A DNA stretch of 64,000 bases from Phycisphaeraceae bacterium (GCA_963674705.1 OY771506.1:4640001-4704000); one strand, 5' to 3'; positions 1-9,889 are shown, counted from the first letter of the stretch. Notes: generated by a model from the sequence alone, not told the origin. Program-made: numbers and translations.

Positions 1-672
1 GCCGATGATCCCGACGTTAGAAAAGCCGTGTGCATCGAGTTGAGCACGGGTCTGCTGGACCAGGTTGTTGTATTGGGTCGGCGAGATGTAGCCGTTCCAC
101 TCGCCGTTGGGTTCGTTCGCCATCTCGATGTAGGCCGGGTAGACATCATGATCCGCCAGGTAATCGATTTGTGCGGCGAGGAAGGTCGCGTAATCGTCGA
201 CCAAGTTATCGAGCATCTTGGTGTTCTGCGAGTTCAGGAAACTGTTGGCGATCTTGAATTCATTGAGGATGATGTCGATCCCGTTTGCCTGTGCGTGGAT
301 GTAACTGGATTTGATGGAAGGCAGGTGCCAGGGTTCGCTGCCGTTTGGGCCGTTGAAGTTGGCGGCGATGTAGTTGTACATCGAGGTGTAGTTGTCGCCG
401 GCTGCGACGTTGCTGTCCGTCGGGGGCTGTGTGCTGAAGTTAAACCAGTTGACGCCGGATTGCATCCGCGAGAAGTCCATCTCCAGGTCCGCCAGGACGG
501 ATTGGCCGATCGTGTTGCCCGACCAGACCTGTGCGCCGAAGCCCAGAACGGGCTGGGCGGTGTCGTTCACGTTGATGAGGTAATCAGCGGCCCGGACAGG
601 GATGGCGTCTGGCAGTACGTTCAATAGCAGAACCGCAACACCCGTAAACAAACGCATAAAGACACTTCTCAT
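1..672 (-). CDS. Secreted clan-A (GH30-like) glycoside hydrolase, 5' part; runs off the left edge
   Basis: Not in the ORF track; translated manually from ATG at 672: MRSVFMRLFTGVAVLLL...DTAQPVLGFGAQVWSG...YPAYIEMANEPNGEWN...NVGIIG. Has a signal peptide and NEP acid/base motif, and is clearly similar to 6458..7891. Confidence 0.85.
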   Translation of the reverse strand, partial: MRSVFMRLFTGVAVLLLNVLPDAIPVRAADYLINVNDTAQPVLGFGAQVWSGNTIGQSVLADLEMDFSRMQSGVNWFNFSTQPPTDSNVAAGDNYTSMYNYIAANFNGPNGSEPWHLPSIKSSYIHAQANGIDIILNEFKIANSFLNSQNTKMLDNLVDDYATFLAAQIDYLADHDVYPAYIEMANEPNGEWNGYISPTQYNNLVQQTRAQLDAHGFSNVGIIG

Positions 673-879
673 ACAAATCACCAAGGGGATCAGAACTGAT
701 CCCAGACGCATGTAAGAAAGACCCACAACTGCGACGCCGCACGCTGTTAAGCCACACGGGCGCAAACGACAAAGCATCCAATTGCTTAACAACATAACGC
801 GCCGTTAGTGCACAATCACCACAGAATATTGCCCCGATAGGGGTCAAATTATTACAAATACCAGGAGTACCGGATCGGA

Positions 880-948
880 TTGGTAATATATGGAACCACA
901 TAGACACTATTTTTGGAAGTAAAACGGGCTCCCTCGTCCTAATATCAG
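880..948 (+). promoter_or_regulatory. Putative promoter P1 (TTGGTA-N19-CACTAT) with leader motifs shared with 4195..4263
   Basis: 885-919 matches 4200-4234 at 27/35 positions; CGGGCTCCC and TATCAG follow in both. Confidence 0.55.
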
Positions 949-1009
949 TTCACACATAACCCGCGCGTTGTGGGATTGATTGACCATATCTCGAAGGAGG
1001 AGGACGAAA

Positions 1010-1711
1010 ATGTATCGGCTAACTTTAGGCGTATGTGCGGTCGTGCTTTGCAGTGCAATGACGGATGCCGCATCGATGAAGTTCGATCTCGGCGATTCGA
1101 CAACCGCCAGCCCGGGCTACGTCAATGACATCGTTTACAACGGACAGGATGTTGCCAATGCGATTGATACGACCGGCGCGGCTACGGGCGTGAGTCTGAC
1201 CGTCACATCCGATACCGGCTGGAACTCTAACGGCCCCAACCGCAGCGGCCCGTTAACCCCAACGGCGCCTGCCAGCGATTACTTCGATGGCGAAACCACC
1301 CGAGACGCGATGTTCGGCCACACCGTTGAGTTCAACGGCCTGTCACCGCGCCCGCTGGTCGAGTACACCATTGCCGGCCTTGATCCTTCGTTGATCTATG
1401 ACTTCACGTTCTATGCCTCACGCGGCGCGGTCTCGGACAATCGTGAGGCGCAATATGACGTGGTCGGGCTGAATGCCGGTGTAGCGTACCTGGATGCAGG
1501 CAACAACGTCGGTAATGTCGCGCAGGTGTTGGGGATCGCCCCCACCGCCGCCGGCGAAATTGTCATGACCATTCAGCCGGGGCCCAACAACAATAACAGC
1601 AGCGGCTTCTACTACCTCGGTGGACTGGATATCAATCCGGTTCCCGAACCCGCAACGCTGTGCCTGATGGGCCTGGGTGGGGTGTTGATCGCCGTGCGCC
1701 GTGGTGCGTAA
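1010..1711 (+). CDS. PEP-CTERM sorting domain protein, unknown function
   Basis: GGAGGAGG RBS before ATG 1010; signal peptide; C-terminal VPEPATLCLMGLGGVLIAVRR. Confidence 0.9.
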   Translation: MYRLTLGVCAVVLCSAMTDAASMKFDLGDSTTASPGYVNDIVYNGQDVANAIDTTGAATGVSLTVTSDTGWNSNGPNRSGPLTPTAPASDYFDGETTRDAMFGHTVEFNGLSPRPLVEYTIAGLDPSLIYDFTFYASRGAVSDNREAQYDVVGLNAGVAYLDAGNNVGNVAQVLGIAPTAAGEIVMTIQPGPNNNNSSGFYYLGGLDINPVPEPATLCLMGLGGVLIAVRRGA

Positions 1712-1813
1712 GCAATTCACGGTTGCAGGACAACAGCAAAGCCGAACATGATTTTATGACACCTCACGTTGGGGGCGGCAACACGCCCCCAACGATTGAT
1801 ATCTCTGGAGATA

Positions 1814-2707
1814 ATGAACGTGTTAAAAATGTGCTTACACCGTAGCACCAAAGTAATACTGGCCGCCGCACTGCTGCTGTTTGTATCAGCCAGTCAAGCC
1901 GATGCGGTCAACATCCTCTTCTATGGAAACAGCTACACCAACGCATACACAAGCTATGCTCCGCGTTCCGTGCCTGACCTGGTACGTGAGATCGCAATAG
2001 CGGCGGGCCAATCAACACCGAACACCGTTAATGCCGCCGTCAATGGCGTAGACTTTGTGTATCACCTGGCGAACAATACCTCCGTCATCAGTTCAGCGTT
2101 AGCGCCGGGCGAACAGTGGGACTACGTGGTGTTGCAGAATTACTCCACCCGCCCCACCTATTCTCATCCCAATGGGAATATACCTCAGCATAGAGCAAAC
2201 TCCGTTGCTTTATATCAGCAAGTTGCCTCGCACAGCCCTGATGTCGTTCCCGTGATGTATGAAACATGGGCACGCGCGCTGGGCGACGGCAACCTGTCGT
2301 ACTTTGCCGGGGGCCAAACCCAGATGCAGCAGGAGCTGCGTGAGGGTTACAACCTGGCCGCTGCCGATATCGATGCGGTGGTGGGCACATCCATCGCTCA
2401 GGTCGCACCGGTCGGCGATGCGTGGGAGAACGCAGGCTACGTTGACCTTTACAACCCGGACCGGACGCATCCCAATCGACGCGGCCGAATGCTTACCGCA
2501 CTGGTCATCTATTCGACCATCTACGATGACGATACACATGACCTGCTGCTTAGCGGAGCATTGGATGCGACGTTGTCGAGCATGAGTCTGACGACTACGG
2601 ATGGTGAGTTCCTGACGTCGATCTCGGATGCGACGGCCATCCCTGAACCTGCTGTATTGCCCATGGTGGGTATGGCGTGCGCGTGGTTGGTTTGTCGGCG
2701 AACCTGA
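1814..2707 (+). CDS. SGNH-hydrolase-like (DUF4886-type) esterase with PEP-CTERM
   Basis: ILFYGNSYT block, WDYVVLQ, DRTHPN (DxxH); C-terminal IPEP-TM-RR; GGAG RBS before ATG 1814. Confidence 0.8.
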   Translation: MNVLKMCLHRSTKVILAAALLLFVSASQADAVNILFYGNSYTNAYTSYAPRSVPDLVREIAIAAGQSTPNTVNAAVNGVDFVYHLANNTSVISSALAPGEQWDYVVLQNYSTRPTYSHPNGNIPQHRANSVALYQQVASHSPDVVPVMYETWARALGDGNLSYFAGGQTQMQQELREGYNLAAADIDAVVGTSIAQVAPVGDAWENAGYVDLYNPDRTHPNRRGRMLTALVIYSTIYDDDTHDLLLSGALDATLSSMSLTTTDGEFLTSISDATAIPEPAVLPMVGMACAWLVCRRT

Positions 2708-2739
2708 CTTACGGTGCAGCGCAAGAATACCCAATCATT

Positions 2740-2774
2740 GGCGGGCCTGGTGTGCGGGCCCGTCTTTTTTATTT
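2740..2774 (+). terminator. Rho-independent terminator
   Basis: GGCGGGCCT/GGGCCCGTC stem followed by TTTTTTATTT, about 33 nt after the stop at 2707. Confidence 0.7.
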
Positions 2775-2848
2775 CAAGATCACTATCGCAATCTAAGAAG
2801 CGGCTGACCGCCTCATTTGAGCCCATTTGTCAGCATTCCCAACGCGAG

Positions 2849-2879
2849 TTGACATCAAAATGAACCATATGGGCATAAT
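2849..2879 (+). promoter_or_regulatory. Putative promoter P2 (TTGACA-N19-CATAAT)
   Basis: Near-consensus sigma70 hexamers; the spacer contains TGAACCA at the same offset as GGAACCA in P1. Confidence 0.55.
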
Positions 2880-2970
2880 ATTGGTATTTGATTCTGGTTT
2901 AAATACTCTACGATAGTGTTCGGTATCGCGTCACCGAAGCGCGATGTCCATACACTTGGAGGCCACTGCC

Positions 2971-3861
2971 ATGCCCCGACGGCATAGCGCATTTACGTTG
3001 ATCGAGTTGTTGGTGGTGATATCAATCATCGCGCTGCTGGTCGGGATCCTCTTACCGGCATTGAATGCCGCACGCAAAACCGCGCAGACCGCGGTCTGCC
3101 TGTCGAACCTTCGTCAGACAGGCATCGGTATCCATGGCTACGCAACTGATTATGAAAGCGCAACACCTCCGAGCATTGTGTGGGCCTTCACAACTAACGA
3201 TGGGCGGATGCTGGAGAATGCTGAATGGTCGCTGTTGATCATGTCCTATATCGCAAGTTCGGGGGACGGGACTTATGTCGGTGCGCCAAGCGGTGCCAAC
3301 CAGGCTGACACTTCGTATGCAACACTTGACACGTTCCGCTGCCCGTCTGCCGCGGTTTCGACCGGACGTATCCATTACAGCGGACACCCGCTGACGATGC
3401 CGCTTTATGTCACCAATTCCAGCCGATCACCCGCACCGTTTAAACTCGACCAGGTCCGCCGATCGAGCGATAACATGCTTATCGCCGATGCGAATCAGTT
3501 TGATACCAGAGCGACCGGTAGCGTCGCTTCTTATGAACTGGGGATTGTCTATGCTGCGCTGGACGACTTGGATGGGAAAACCGTCTGGCGGCCGGGGAGT
3601 ACGGTGACGCACTATTACGATTCCATAGAAACTGACAATGATGAGCCTATCGATCCCGGTGCGAATGCGAACGGGATCGGGCGCAACAAGAGCGGTGCGC
3701 TGGCGGGCAAGAAAGACCTGCGCTGGCGTCACGGTAGCGGGGGTAATGTCGAGGGTGGAGACAGCGGCAGTGTCAACGTGCTCTGGACGGATGGGCATTC
3801 CGACTCCAACCCGATGGGCAGCATCCACAAGGACCGCGTCCGACCCGACCCGATGAACTGA
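2971..3861 (+). CDS. Prepilin-type N-terminal cleavage/methylation protein (DUF1559-like, H-Xn-DG C-terminus)
   Basis: [38 protein letters not shown]...[16 protein letters not shown] before ATG 2971. Confidence 0.9.
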   Translation: MPRRHSAFTLIELLVVISIIALLVGILLPALNAARKTAQTAVCLSNLRQTGIGIHGYATDYESATPPSIVWAFTTNDGRMLENAEWSLLIMSYIASSGDGTYVGAPSGANQADTSYATLDTFRCPSAAVSTGRIHYSGHPLTMPLYVTNSSRSPAPFKLDQVRRSSDNMLIADANQFDTRATGSVASYELGIVYAALDDLDGKTVWRPGSTVTHYYDSIETDNDEPIDPGANANGIGRNKSGALAGKKDLRWRHGSGGNVEGGDSGSVNVLWTDGHSDSNPMGSIHKDRVRPDPMN

Positions 3862-3966
3862 CAAGCCTATCGGGGCCATATCAAGATTGATAAGGCAACT
3901 GAGTGAACCAGCATACTATCCAATGATCGTTGATCATTTGTCGCTGCATAAATTAAAAACATATCA

Positions 3967-4144
3967 GCCACAGATGAACACGGATAAACACAGATAAAAA
4001 CCAATGAAATAGCTCGGATTCATCGGATGCATCGGATGGATGCAAGCCCCTTTCGAAATCTCTTAATCCGATATATCCGATGCATCCGAGCAAAACCCCT
4101 TTCTTATCTGTGTTAATCCGTGTTCATCCGTGTTCATCCGTGGC
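3967..4144. repeat. Nested inverted-repeat element built from 9-nt units (REP/MITE-like)
   Basis: Outer arms 3967-3997 GCCACAGATGAACACGGATAAACACAGATAA and 4104-4144 TTATCTGTGTTAATCCGTGTTCATCCGTGTTCATCCGTGGC; inner arms 4012-4037 and 4066-4091 complementary at 23/26 positions. Confidence 0.9.
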
Positions 4145-4194
4145 AAAATACTGTGCCCAAGCGGGCCATAGCCAATACACTTCGTACGCTCAGA

Positions 4195-4263
4195 CTGACA
4201 ATATAGTGCACTAATAAGACACTATATTTGGAAGACACGGCGGCGGGCTCCCACTACTATCAG
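4195..4263 (+). promoter_or_regulatory. Putative promoter P3 (CTGACA-N19-CACTAT) with palindrome TAGTGCACTA in the spacer
   Basis: Aligns with P1 and P2; perfect 10-bp palindrome at 4204-4213. Confidence 0.55.
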
Positions 4264-4314
4264 AATCAGTCGGGGAACGTAACTCCGATCGACACTTGGA
4301 GACAGGATAACGCC

Positions 4315-5187
4315 ATGCCAGAACGCAAAAGCGCTTTTACACTGATCGAGTTGCTGGTCGTGATTTCGATCATCGCTCTCCTCGTGGGCATCCTGCTGCC
4401 CGCACTGGGTGCAGCGCGACGGACGGCTCAGGGGATGGTGTGCCTGTCGAATCTCCGGCAGATCGGTGTGGGCATCTCGGGCTACGCTTCGGAAAACGAT
4501 AGCGCTACGCCGCCCAGCCAGACCGCCGGCTACGTTCCGCGCGGCGCTTCGCAACCGATCGAAAACCGCGAATGGACACTGCTCATTCAGTCTTACATGG
4601 TACAAGATAGTGATGGCACCTATTCCGGCGCACAAGCGACCGGCACCGGCGATGAAACCGTCGACAGCTTCCGCTGCCCGGCGTCACCGGTCGATTCCGG
4701 ACGCATGCATTACTCGGCCCATCCCTTGTCGATGCCTTTACTTTTCTATAGCGAGGCGCGCTCCCCATCAATCTTTAAACTCGATTATGCCAAGCGGCTG
4801 ACAAAGACCATGCTCGTCGCCGATGCAAATCAATGGATACCCGATGATGAAAGCAAGACCGAGTATGGCATCACCATGTCTGCATTGACCGACCTGGATG
4901 CGGGGGATGTCTACGACAGCAGCGGTTCGGATAATCATCACTACTACCGTGAAAGTGAAAGTGATAACAACGATCCCATCGAAGTGGGGTTGAACTCATC
5001 AGGCACCGGGCCTCGCAAGTTGCAGGCGATGAGCGGCCGGGCGGATATCCGCTACAGGCATTCGGGTGGCGAGAAGGATGGCAGCACCTCCGGCAGCGCC
5101 AACATCCTCTGGGCGGACGGCCATGCAGATTCCAACTCACTTGGCTCGCTGATCAAATCCGATGTGCGGACCGATCCAATGGACTGA
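4315..5187 (+). CDS. Prepilin-type N-terminal cleavage/methylation protein (DUF1559-like), tandem paralog of 2971..3861
   Basis: [27 protein letters not shown]...FRCPAS...RYRH...NILWADGH; colinear similarity with the upstream gene throughout. Confidence 0.9.
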   Translation: MPERKSAFTLIELLVVISIIALLVGILLPALGAARRTAQGMVCLSNLRQIGVGISGYASENDSATPPSQTAGYVPRGASQPIENREWTLLIQSYMVQDSDGTYSGAQATGTGDETVDSFRCPASPVDSGRMHYSAHPLSMPLLFYSEARSPSIFKLDYAKRLTKTMLVADANQWIPDDESKTEYGITMSALTDLDAGDVYDSSGSDNHHYYRESESDNNDPIEVGLNSSGTGPRKLQAMSGRADIRYRHSGGEKDGSTSGSANILWADGHADSNSLGSLIKSDVRTDPMD

Positions 5188-5246
5188 TATCAAGAACGAT
5201 CAAAATAGAGACACCCCTAATCCTTCAGCATTCAAGAGTACGTCCC

Positions 5247-6392
5247 TTGTCAAGTAGTACACCCCCGCAATCCGAAAACACGACGACTGAAACCCGCACC
5301 CTCCGAACCGGCGCAGTTGTCACGCCGCAAACCCAACAGTGGCTCAAGCGGGCCAAGCCGGCGGGTACGGGCTTTCAACTCAAGCGTTTCCATGGCAATC
5401 CGATCCTGTCGCCTAATCCAGCGAATGCCTGGGAAGCCTTGGTTACCACCAATCCGGGTGCGTGGATCGATCCTGAGACGGGTGATGTCTGCATGCTCTA
5501 TCGGGCAGCGGGGCACGATCCGCAGCATCGTGTTGTGCTGGGGATGGCTCGTAGTAAGGACGGATATCACTTCGAGCGTTGCAGCGATCGGCCGGTGTTT
5601 GAACCCAGCGCAGATGGATTCGATGCCGGCTGCGTGGAGGACCCGCGTGTCATTCGTATCGCCGAGCATTACTACATCACATACGCCGCACGCCCGGTAG
5701 CGCCTGGGCAGTATTGGATCATGCCGGCATCCGAACGTCGGTGGCAGTCGGAAACGTTGCCCGCCGATGTGCCCTGGTGCATCCGCGAGAACCATACCGC
5801 AACCGGCCTGGCGATCACGCGCGACTTTAAAACCTTTATCCGTGCAGGCAGGCTGACAAGCGCATCGGTGGATGATCGTGATGTGATCCTCTTCCCCGAG
5901 AAGATCAACAGTAAGTATTACATGATGCACAGGCCCATGCAGTGGGCAGGTGACGGATACGGCACGGAGCATCCGACGATCTGGATTAGTTGTGGGAACG
6001 ATCTGTTAACCATGCGCGATCCTGAAATCCTGGTCAAAGCGAAGTACGACTGGGAAACCAAGATCGGGGGGAACACGCCGCCGATCCGTACGCCCGAGGG
6101 CTGGTTGACGCTGTATCACGCGGTCGGGCCGGATAAGCATTATCGCCTTGGAGCACTGCTGCTGGATCTGGATGATCCGACGGTGGTCCGTCACCGCACG
6201 CCACACTGGATTATGCAGCCGGAGCAGGATTACGAGACGCAGGGTTTCTACAACGGTTGTGTGTTCCCGTGCGGAAAGGTGATCCGCGACGGTAAACTGC
6301 TGGTGTACTACGGTGCGGGCGATGTGCATATCGGGCTGGCTACATGTGATATGGCTGCACTTCTGGACTACATGCGAAACTGCCCAGCCTGA
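5247..6392 (+). CDS. GH130 family beta-mannoside phosphorylase/glycosidase
   Basis: GNPILSP, TNPGA, LYRA, EDPRV, DVILFPEKIN, PPIRTPEGWL.LYH, YRLGALLLDLDDP; no signal peptide. TTG start is uncertain. Confidence 0.85.
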   Translation: MSSSTPPQSENTTTETRTLRTGAVVTPQTQQWLKRAKPAGTGFQLKRFHGNPILSPNPANAWEALVTTNPGAWIDPETGDVCMLYRAAGHDPQHRVVLGMARSKDGYHFERCSDRPVFEPSADGFDAGCVEDPRVIRIAEHYYITYAARPVAPGQYWIMPASERRWQSETLPADVPWCIRENHTATGLAITRDFKTFIRAGRLTSASVDDRDVILFPEKINSKYYMMHRPMQWAGDGYGTEHPTIWISCGNDLLTMRDPEILVKAKYDWETKIGGNTPPIRTPEGWLTLYHAVGPDKHYRLGALLLDLDDPTVVRHRTPHWIMQPEQDYETQGFYNGCVFPCGKVIRDGKLLVYYGAGDVHIGLATCDMAALLDYMRNCPA

Positions 6393-6457
6393 TGAACTTT
6401 CTACGCCGGACTCTACTTGGAATGAGTCGGGGTGATACCATATCCATGAGGTGATTC

Positions 6458-7891
6458 ATGATGGGATTATCCCGAGGCATGTCCTGGATGGTTGCGGTGC
6501 TGGTGCTGCTGGGCCTGGGGTGTCATGCGCTGTCTGAGCAATCCTCATCGGAACCGGTGACGATCAGGATTGATGTGAAAGATACTGCGCAAGAGGTGCG
6601 AGGATTTGGCGCTCATATCTGGGCGGGCGATCGGTATGTCGAGCCTGTGCTCAAGGAACTCAGCTTGCGTTATGTACGTATGACAGTCGGCCCGAACTGG
6701 TTTGATGTCGAGCAAGAGCCTCCGACGGATTCGACTCGGGACGAGATGGATCGGTTCCTCGCCGGGCACTTCGACGGGGATGGCGAACCACGTTTAAGGA
6801 ACGCCCAATTAGCATGGCAAATGACAGAGCGATTGGGGATTCAAGTCATCCTATTACAGTTTACCTCGCCCGAAAACTGGTTGAGCGATGACGGGCATCG
6901 GCAGTTGTTGCCCGAATATGTCGATGACTATGCACGGTACTGGGGCTCGTTTGTCGGGTTCTTAGTCGACCAAGGCATGAAGCCGGCCTATATAGAACTC
7001 GCGAATGAACCTGAGGGCGATTGGAACACACGGATATTGCCCGAGGACTACAATCGCCTGGTTATCCTGACACGCAAGGAACTTGATGATCGTGGTTATC
7101 ATGATATTGGCATCATCGGGCCCGGGCTGGCGTATCTCGATCACGACAATGGCTCCAGGCAGTGGATCGGCGCATTGAGCGACGAGGGCGTGCATTCACT
7201 AGCCGGCTGGTCAACGCATGTGTGGGACGATGTATTTAGTCCGGATACGTCCGTAGGATTTATCGATCAGCGTTGGCATGATTTTGATGCTGCCGTGCGT
7301 AAGAAAGATCCTGAACGGCAAAAGCCGATCATCATTACGGAGTATGCCACGTCAGCCACCACATTCAACGGCGTGTCATATGACCTTGTGAAGTCTCATG
7401 GCAACAACCGGGCGTCGGATTCTCCTGCCTATGCACAGCGCGTGTATGAACTGACACTCGTTCATATCAACAACGGGGCATCAGTCTTGATGTTCTGGGA
7501 GGCTGCGGACCAGCCATGGTCGCATGAAGCATGGGGGCTTGCGACAGGCACAAATAACAAACAGCGCCGGCCTGCTTTTTACGCCCTGTCAACGCTCATA
7601 CCTCTTATCCCGGAATCTGCTCGAGCTTTACGAAAAACATGGGATGATCCACATGTGAGTATCGCGGGATTGATTGACGAGCACAGTTTGGTATTGGCCT
7701 TTGCGAACGGCACTGATCAACCACAGCATCGAACCATCGAGCTTAACAATACCAGTGGGTTGAAGTTGAAGTCAGCAAGACGTTATCACGCGGACCGCGT
7801 GACGGATGTGCCATTGTCAACGCAAGGCAACACATTGCAGATAACTTTGCCGGCAGAAAGCACATTGACTTGTGAGTTTGTGATGGACTAG
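6458..7891 (+). CDS. Secreted clan-A (GH30-like) glycoside hydrolase
   Basis: Signal peptide; Q.VRGFGA, ANEPEG acid/base, IIITEY nucleophile, C-terminal beta-sandwich ending TLPAESTLT. Confidence 0.75.
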   Translation: MMGLSRGMSWMVAVLVLLGLGCHALSEQSSSEPVTIRIDVKDTAQEVRGFGAHIWAGDRYVEPVLKELSLRYVRMTVGPNWFDVEQEPPTDSTRDEMDRFLAGHFDGDGEPRLRNAQLAWQMTERLGIQVILLQFTSPENWLSDDGHRQLLPEYVDDYARYWGSFVGFLVDQGMKPAYIELANEPEGDWNTRILPEDYNRLVILTRKELDDRGYHDIGIIGPGLAYLDHDNGSRQWIGALSDEGVHSLAGWSTHVWDDVFSPDTSVGFIDQRWHDFDAAVRKKDPERQKPIIITEYATSATTFNGVSYDLVKSHGNNRASDSPAYAQRVYELTLVHINNGASVLMFWEAADQPWSHEAWGLATGTNNKQRRPAFYALSTLIPLIPESARALRKTWDDPHVSIAGLIDEHSLVLAFANGTDQPQHRTIELNNTSGLKLKSARRYHADRVTDVPLSTQGNTLQITLPAESTLTCEFVMD

Positions 7892-7961
7892 CCCTTCAGG
7901 TCAAGTGACTACGCCCATTGACTTCAGCAGTTGGTCAAGGGATTACGAGCCGGTTGTGCAA

Positions 7962-9011
7962 TTACTTTGACACTTCTTGCAGCCAACGAATCGCTGGCAT
8001 AGTGTCGTGCTGATGCCCCCCATCAAATACCGTCACACGCACCGGCCCGGCAACCTGACGAAACAGGATCGGGTACTTGCGGCTGTCTTCTTGTTGTGAC
8101 GGGTGGTACTTCAGTTCATCAGGCACGTGCCTATCAAGCAGGGAATTGATTGTTTGCTCAGAGATCACCATATCCGCGTAACCATTAGCCCGAGCGAGAG
8201 CGTTGAATGCCAGCAAAGACTGACTGACAGGCACGGAGCCTGTGTGTCCATCGTTGATGCCTGTATTGATATCGATCGGCAGGCCGGTTGCGTTTTGCAG
8301 GTGGAATAATGAAGAGCGGTGATGGTATTCGGCATCAACTTCCGCGGATGCACCGGGCGGGCCGCCGCAGACGTTTTCAAGATTGTGTGCATACTTTTGT
8401 GTGTTCTCTTTGCGCATGCACTGGGTGTGCCAGGCGGACAGGTCGGAGATCGGCACCCACGCGGAAACACCTGCCCAGGTCTGCGGCGAACGGCAGGCCA
8501 TGATCAACGCCATGTGCCCGCCGCCGGACGTGCCGACCAGATAGATGCGTTTATCATCGATCGATACTTGTTGCTTGGCGAATGCAACCGCATCTAAGAC
8601 ATCAGCCACAGCCAGGTCGGATGCGCAGGCCTGCGGCTGGACATTAGGTCCACGAAAATCCGGGTGGATAAACGCCCAGCCGCGTTGCTGCGCGACATGG
8701 AGGAAGTCGTCGCGCGGGGCCGATTGCTTGTAGTCACCGCTCCACGTATGCAGACAGACCAGTAGCGGTACCGCAACATCAGGATCGGATGGAACCCAGA
8801 ACATCGCATGCTGCGGGGAGCCATCCACTGAGCTGATGATTGTCACTTCGCGCAAAACTTTTGGTACATCACCTGATCTATGTGCTTCCGTATCAGATGC
8901 TTCGATCTGCCCCACCAAGACCCCGACAAATACAATATAGATCAACAGCACACACACAAAAACAAAGCTAAACACGGAATCGTGACGCATTTTAAATGGC
9001 AGCGGATCCAT
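7962..9011 (-). CDS. Exported alpha/beta hydrolase (S9-like esterase/peptidase)
   Basis: GTSGGG nucleophile elbow, HTWSGDY, DGGH; N-terminal hydrophobic segment. Confidence 0.8.
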   Translation of the reverse strand: MDPLPFKMRHDSVFSFVFVCVLLIYIVFVGVLVGQIEASDTEAHRSGDVPKVLREVTIISSVDGSPQHAMFWVPSDPDVAVPLLVCLHTWSGDYKQSAPRDDFLHVAQQRGWAFIHPDFRGPNVQPQACASDLAVADVLDAVAFAKQQVSIDDKRIYLVGTSGGGHMALIMACRSPQTWAGVSAWVPISDLSAWHTQCMRKENTQKYAHNLENVCGGPPGASAEVDAEYHHRSSLFHLQNATGLPIDINTGINDGHTGSVPVSQSLLAFNALARANGYADMVISEQTINSLLDRHVPDELKYHPSQQEDSRKYPILFRQVAGPVRVTVFDGGHQHDTMPAIRWLQEVSK

Positions 9012-9037
9012 GAGAACTTATGAGTGTTGCACTTAAC

Positions 9038-9889
9038 TTAATACGTGAATTTCACAAATCCGTTTTCTGCGGATATCTCCAGCGAAGGAAGCTGCTCCAT
9101 CAGGAACGCACCACTGAGGTCCGGATACACGCCTTCGTAACTATCGAGATAGGATTTGACCAGTTCGGGTCCGGTGGCGATCCATTCAGCGTGACCATCC
9201 AGGAAGCCTCTGTTGATGCCATCTTCACCGTGGTTGGTCTTGGTGCCGGGCCAGTTATTTTTATTACCCGCTCCCGTGGCATCCAATCCATCCATTGCAA
9301 CGCTTACGCGATCGGGATGGGCACTGTTACGGATCGATTTGCGTACACCATCCTTGCCCGTGGCGATGACTTTTTTTGCGCCTTGTTTATAACCATTAAC
9401 ATCGCCCGGCACCTTCGTGCCATCGGGATAGATAGCTCCACCGCCAAAGAATGCCCACAATTCGTAGCTGTGGCCGCCTGTCTCATCGGTTGCGTCCTTC
9501 GCATTATCCTGCAGGTCCGCGATATATTCGACGAAGCCACCCTGCGCCGGGATATACGCTCGTTCCTTGGTCGGGCTGACGACGTTTTGTGTGCTTGGGC
9601 AAACCGCCACTTCCAAGCTGTTGATGTAATCCGGGATGACAAGATTCAAGTCATCATCACTGGCACCGATAGACGGGATGAAAGCGCCTTCTCCATCCCC
9701 TTCGTTATCGACGGCCCGTGCGAATAATCCGGTATTGAGCTGCCGAACATTGCTAAGGCATTTTGACTTCTGGGCTGTTCTGCGTGCGGCACCCAGGGCA
9801 GGCAGCAAAATACCCACCAGCAGCGCGATAATCGAGATCACGACGAGTAATTCGATGAGTGTGAATGCAGCGTATCTTTTCGTGGGCAT
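9038..9889 (-). CDS. Prepilin-type N-terminal cleavage/methylation protein (DUF1559-like)
   Basis: [47 protein letters not shown]. Confidence 0.9.
   Translation of the reverse strand: MPTKRYAAFTLIELLVVISIIALLVGILLPALGAARRTAQKSKCLSNVRQLNTGLFARAVDNEGDGEGAFIPSIGASDDDLNLVIPDYINSLEVAVCPSTQNVVSPTKERAYIPAQGGFVEYIADLQDNAKDATDETGGHSYELWAFFGGGAIYPDGTKVPGDVNGYKQGAKKVIATGKDGVRKSIRNSAHPDRVSVAMDGLDATGAGNKNNWPGTKTNHGEDGINRGFLDGHAEWIATGPELVKSYLDSYEGVYPDLSGAFLMEQLPSLEISAENGFVKFTY

Noticed and set aside
28..627. 199-aa plus-strand ORF
   Set aside because: Antisense shadow of the minus-strand glycoside hydrolase at 1..672.
745..791. Possible c-di-GMP riboswitch (GCAAAC...CAAAGC inside a TGTTAAGC/GCTTAACA repeat)
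   Set aside because: Lacks the GNRA-capped stem and the spacing of the class I consensus; only a short inverted repeat is supportable.
3967..4144. Possible CRISPR array
   Set aside because: Units are 9-nt tandem and inverted, with no unique spacers and no cas genes.
9020..9727. 235-aa plus-strand ORF, and similar antisense ORFs such as 5250..5972, 12893..13546 and 58062..58889
   Set aside because: They lie opposite well-supported genes and contain no recognisable motifs.
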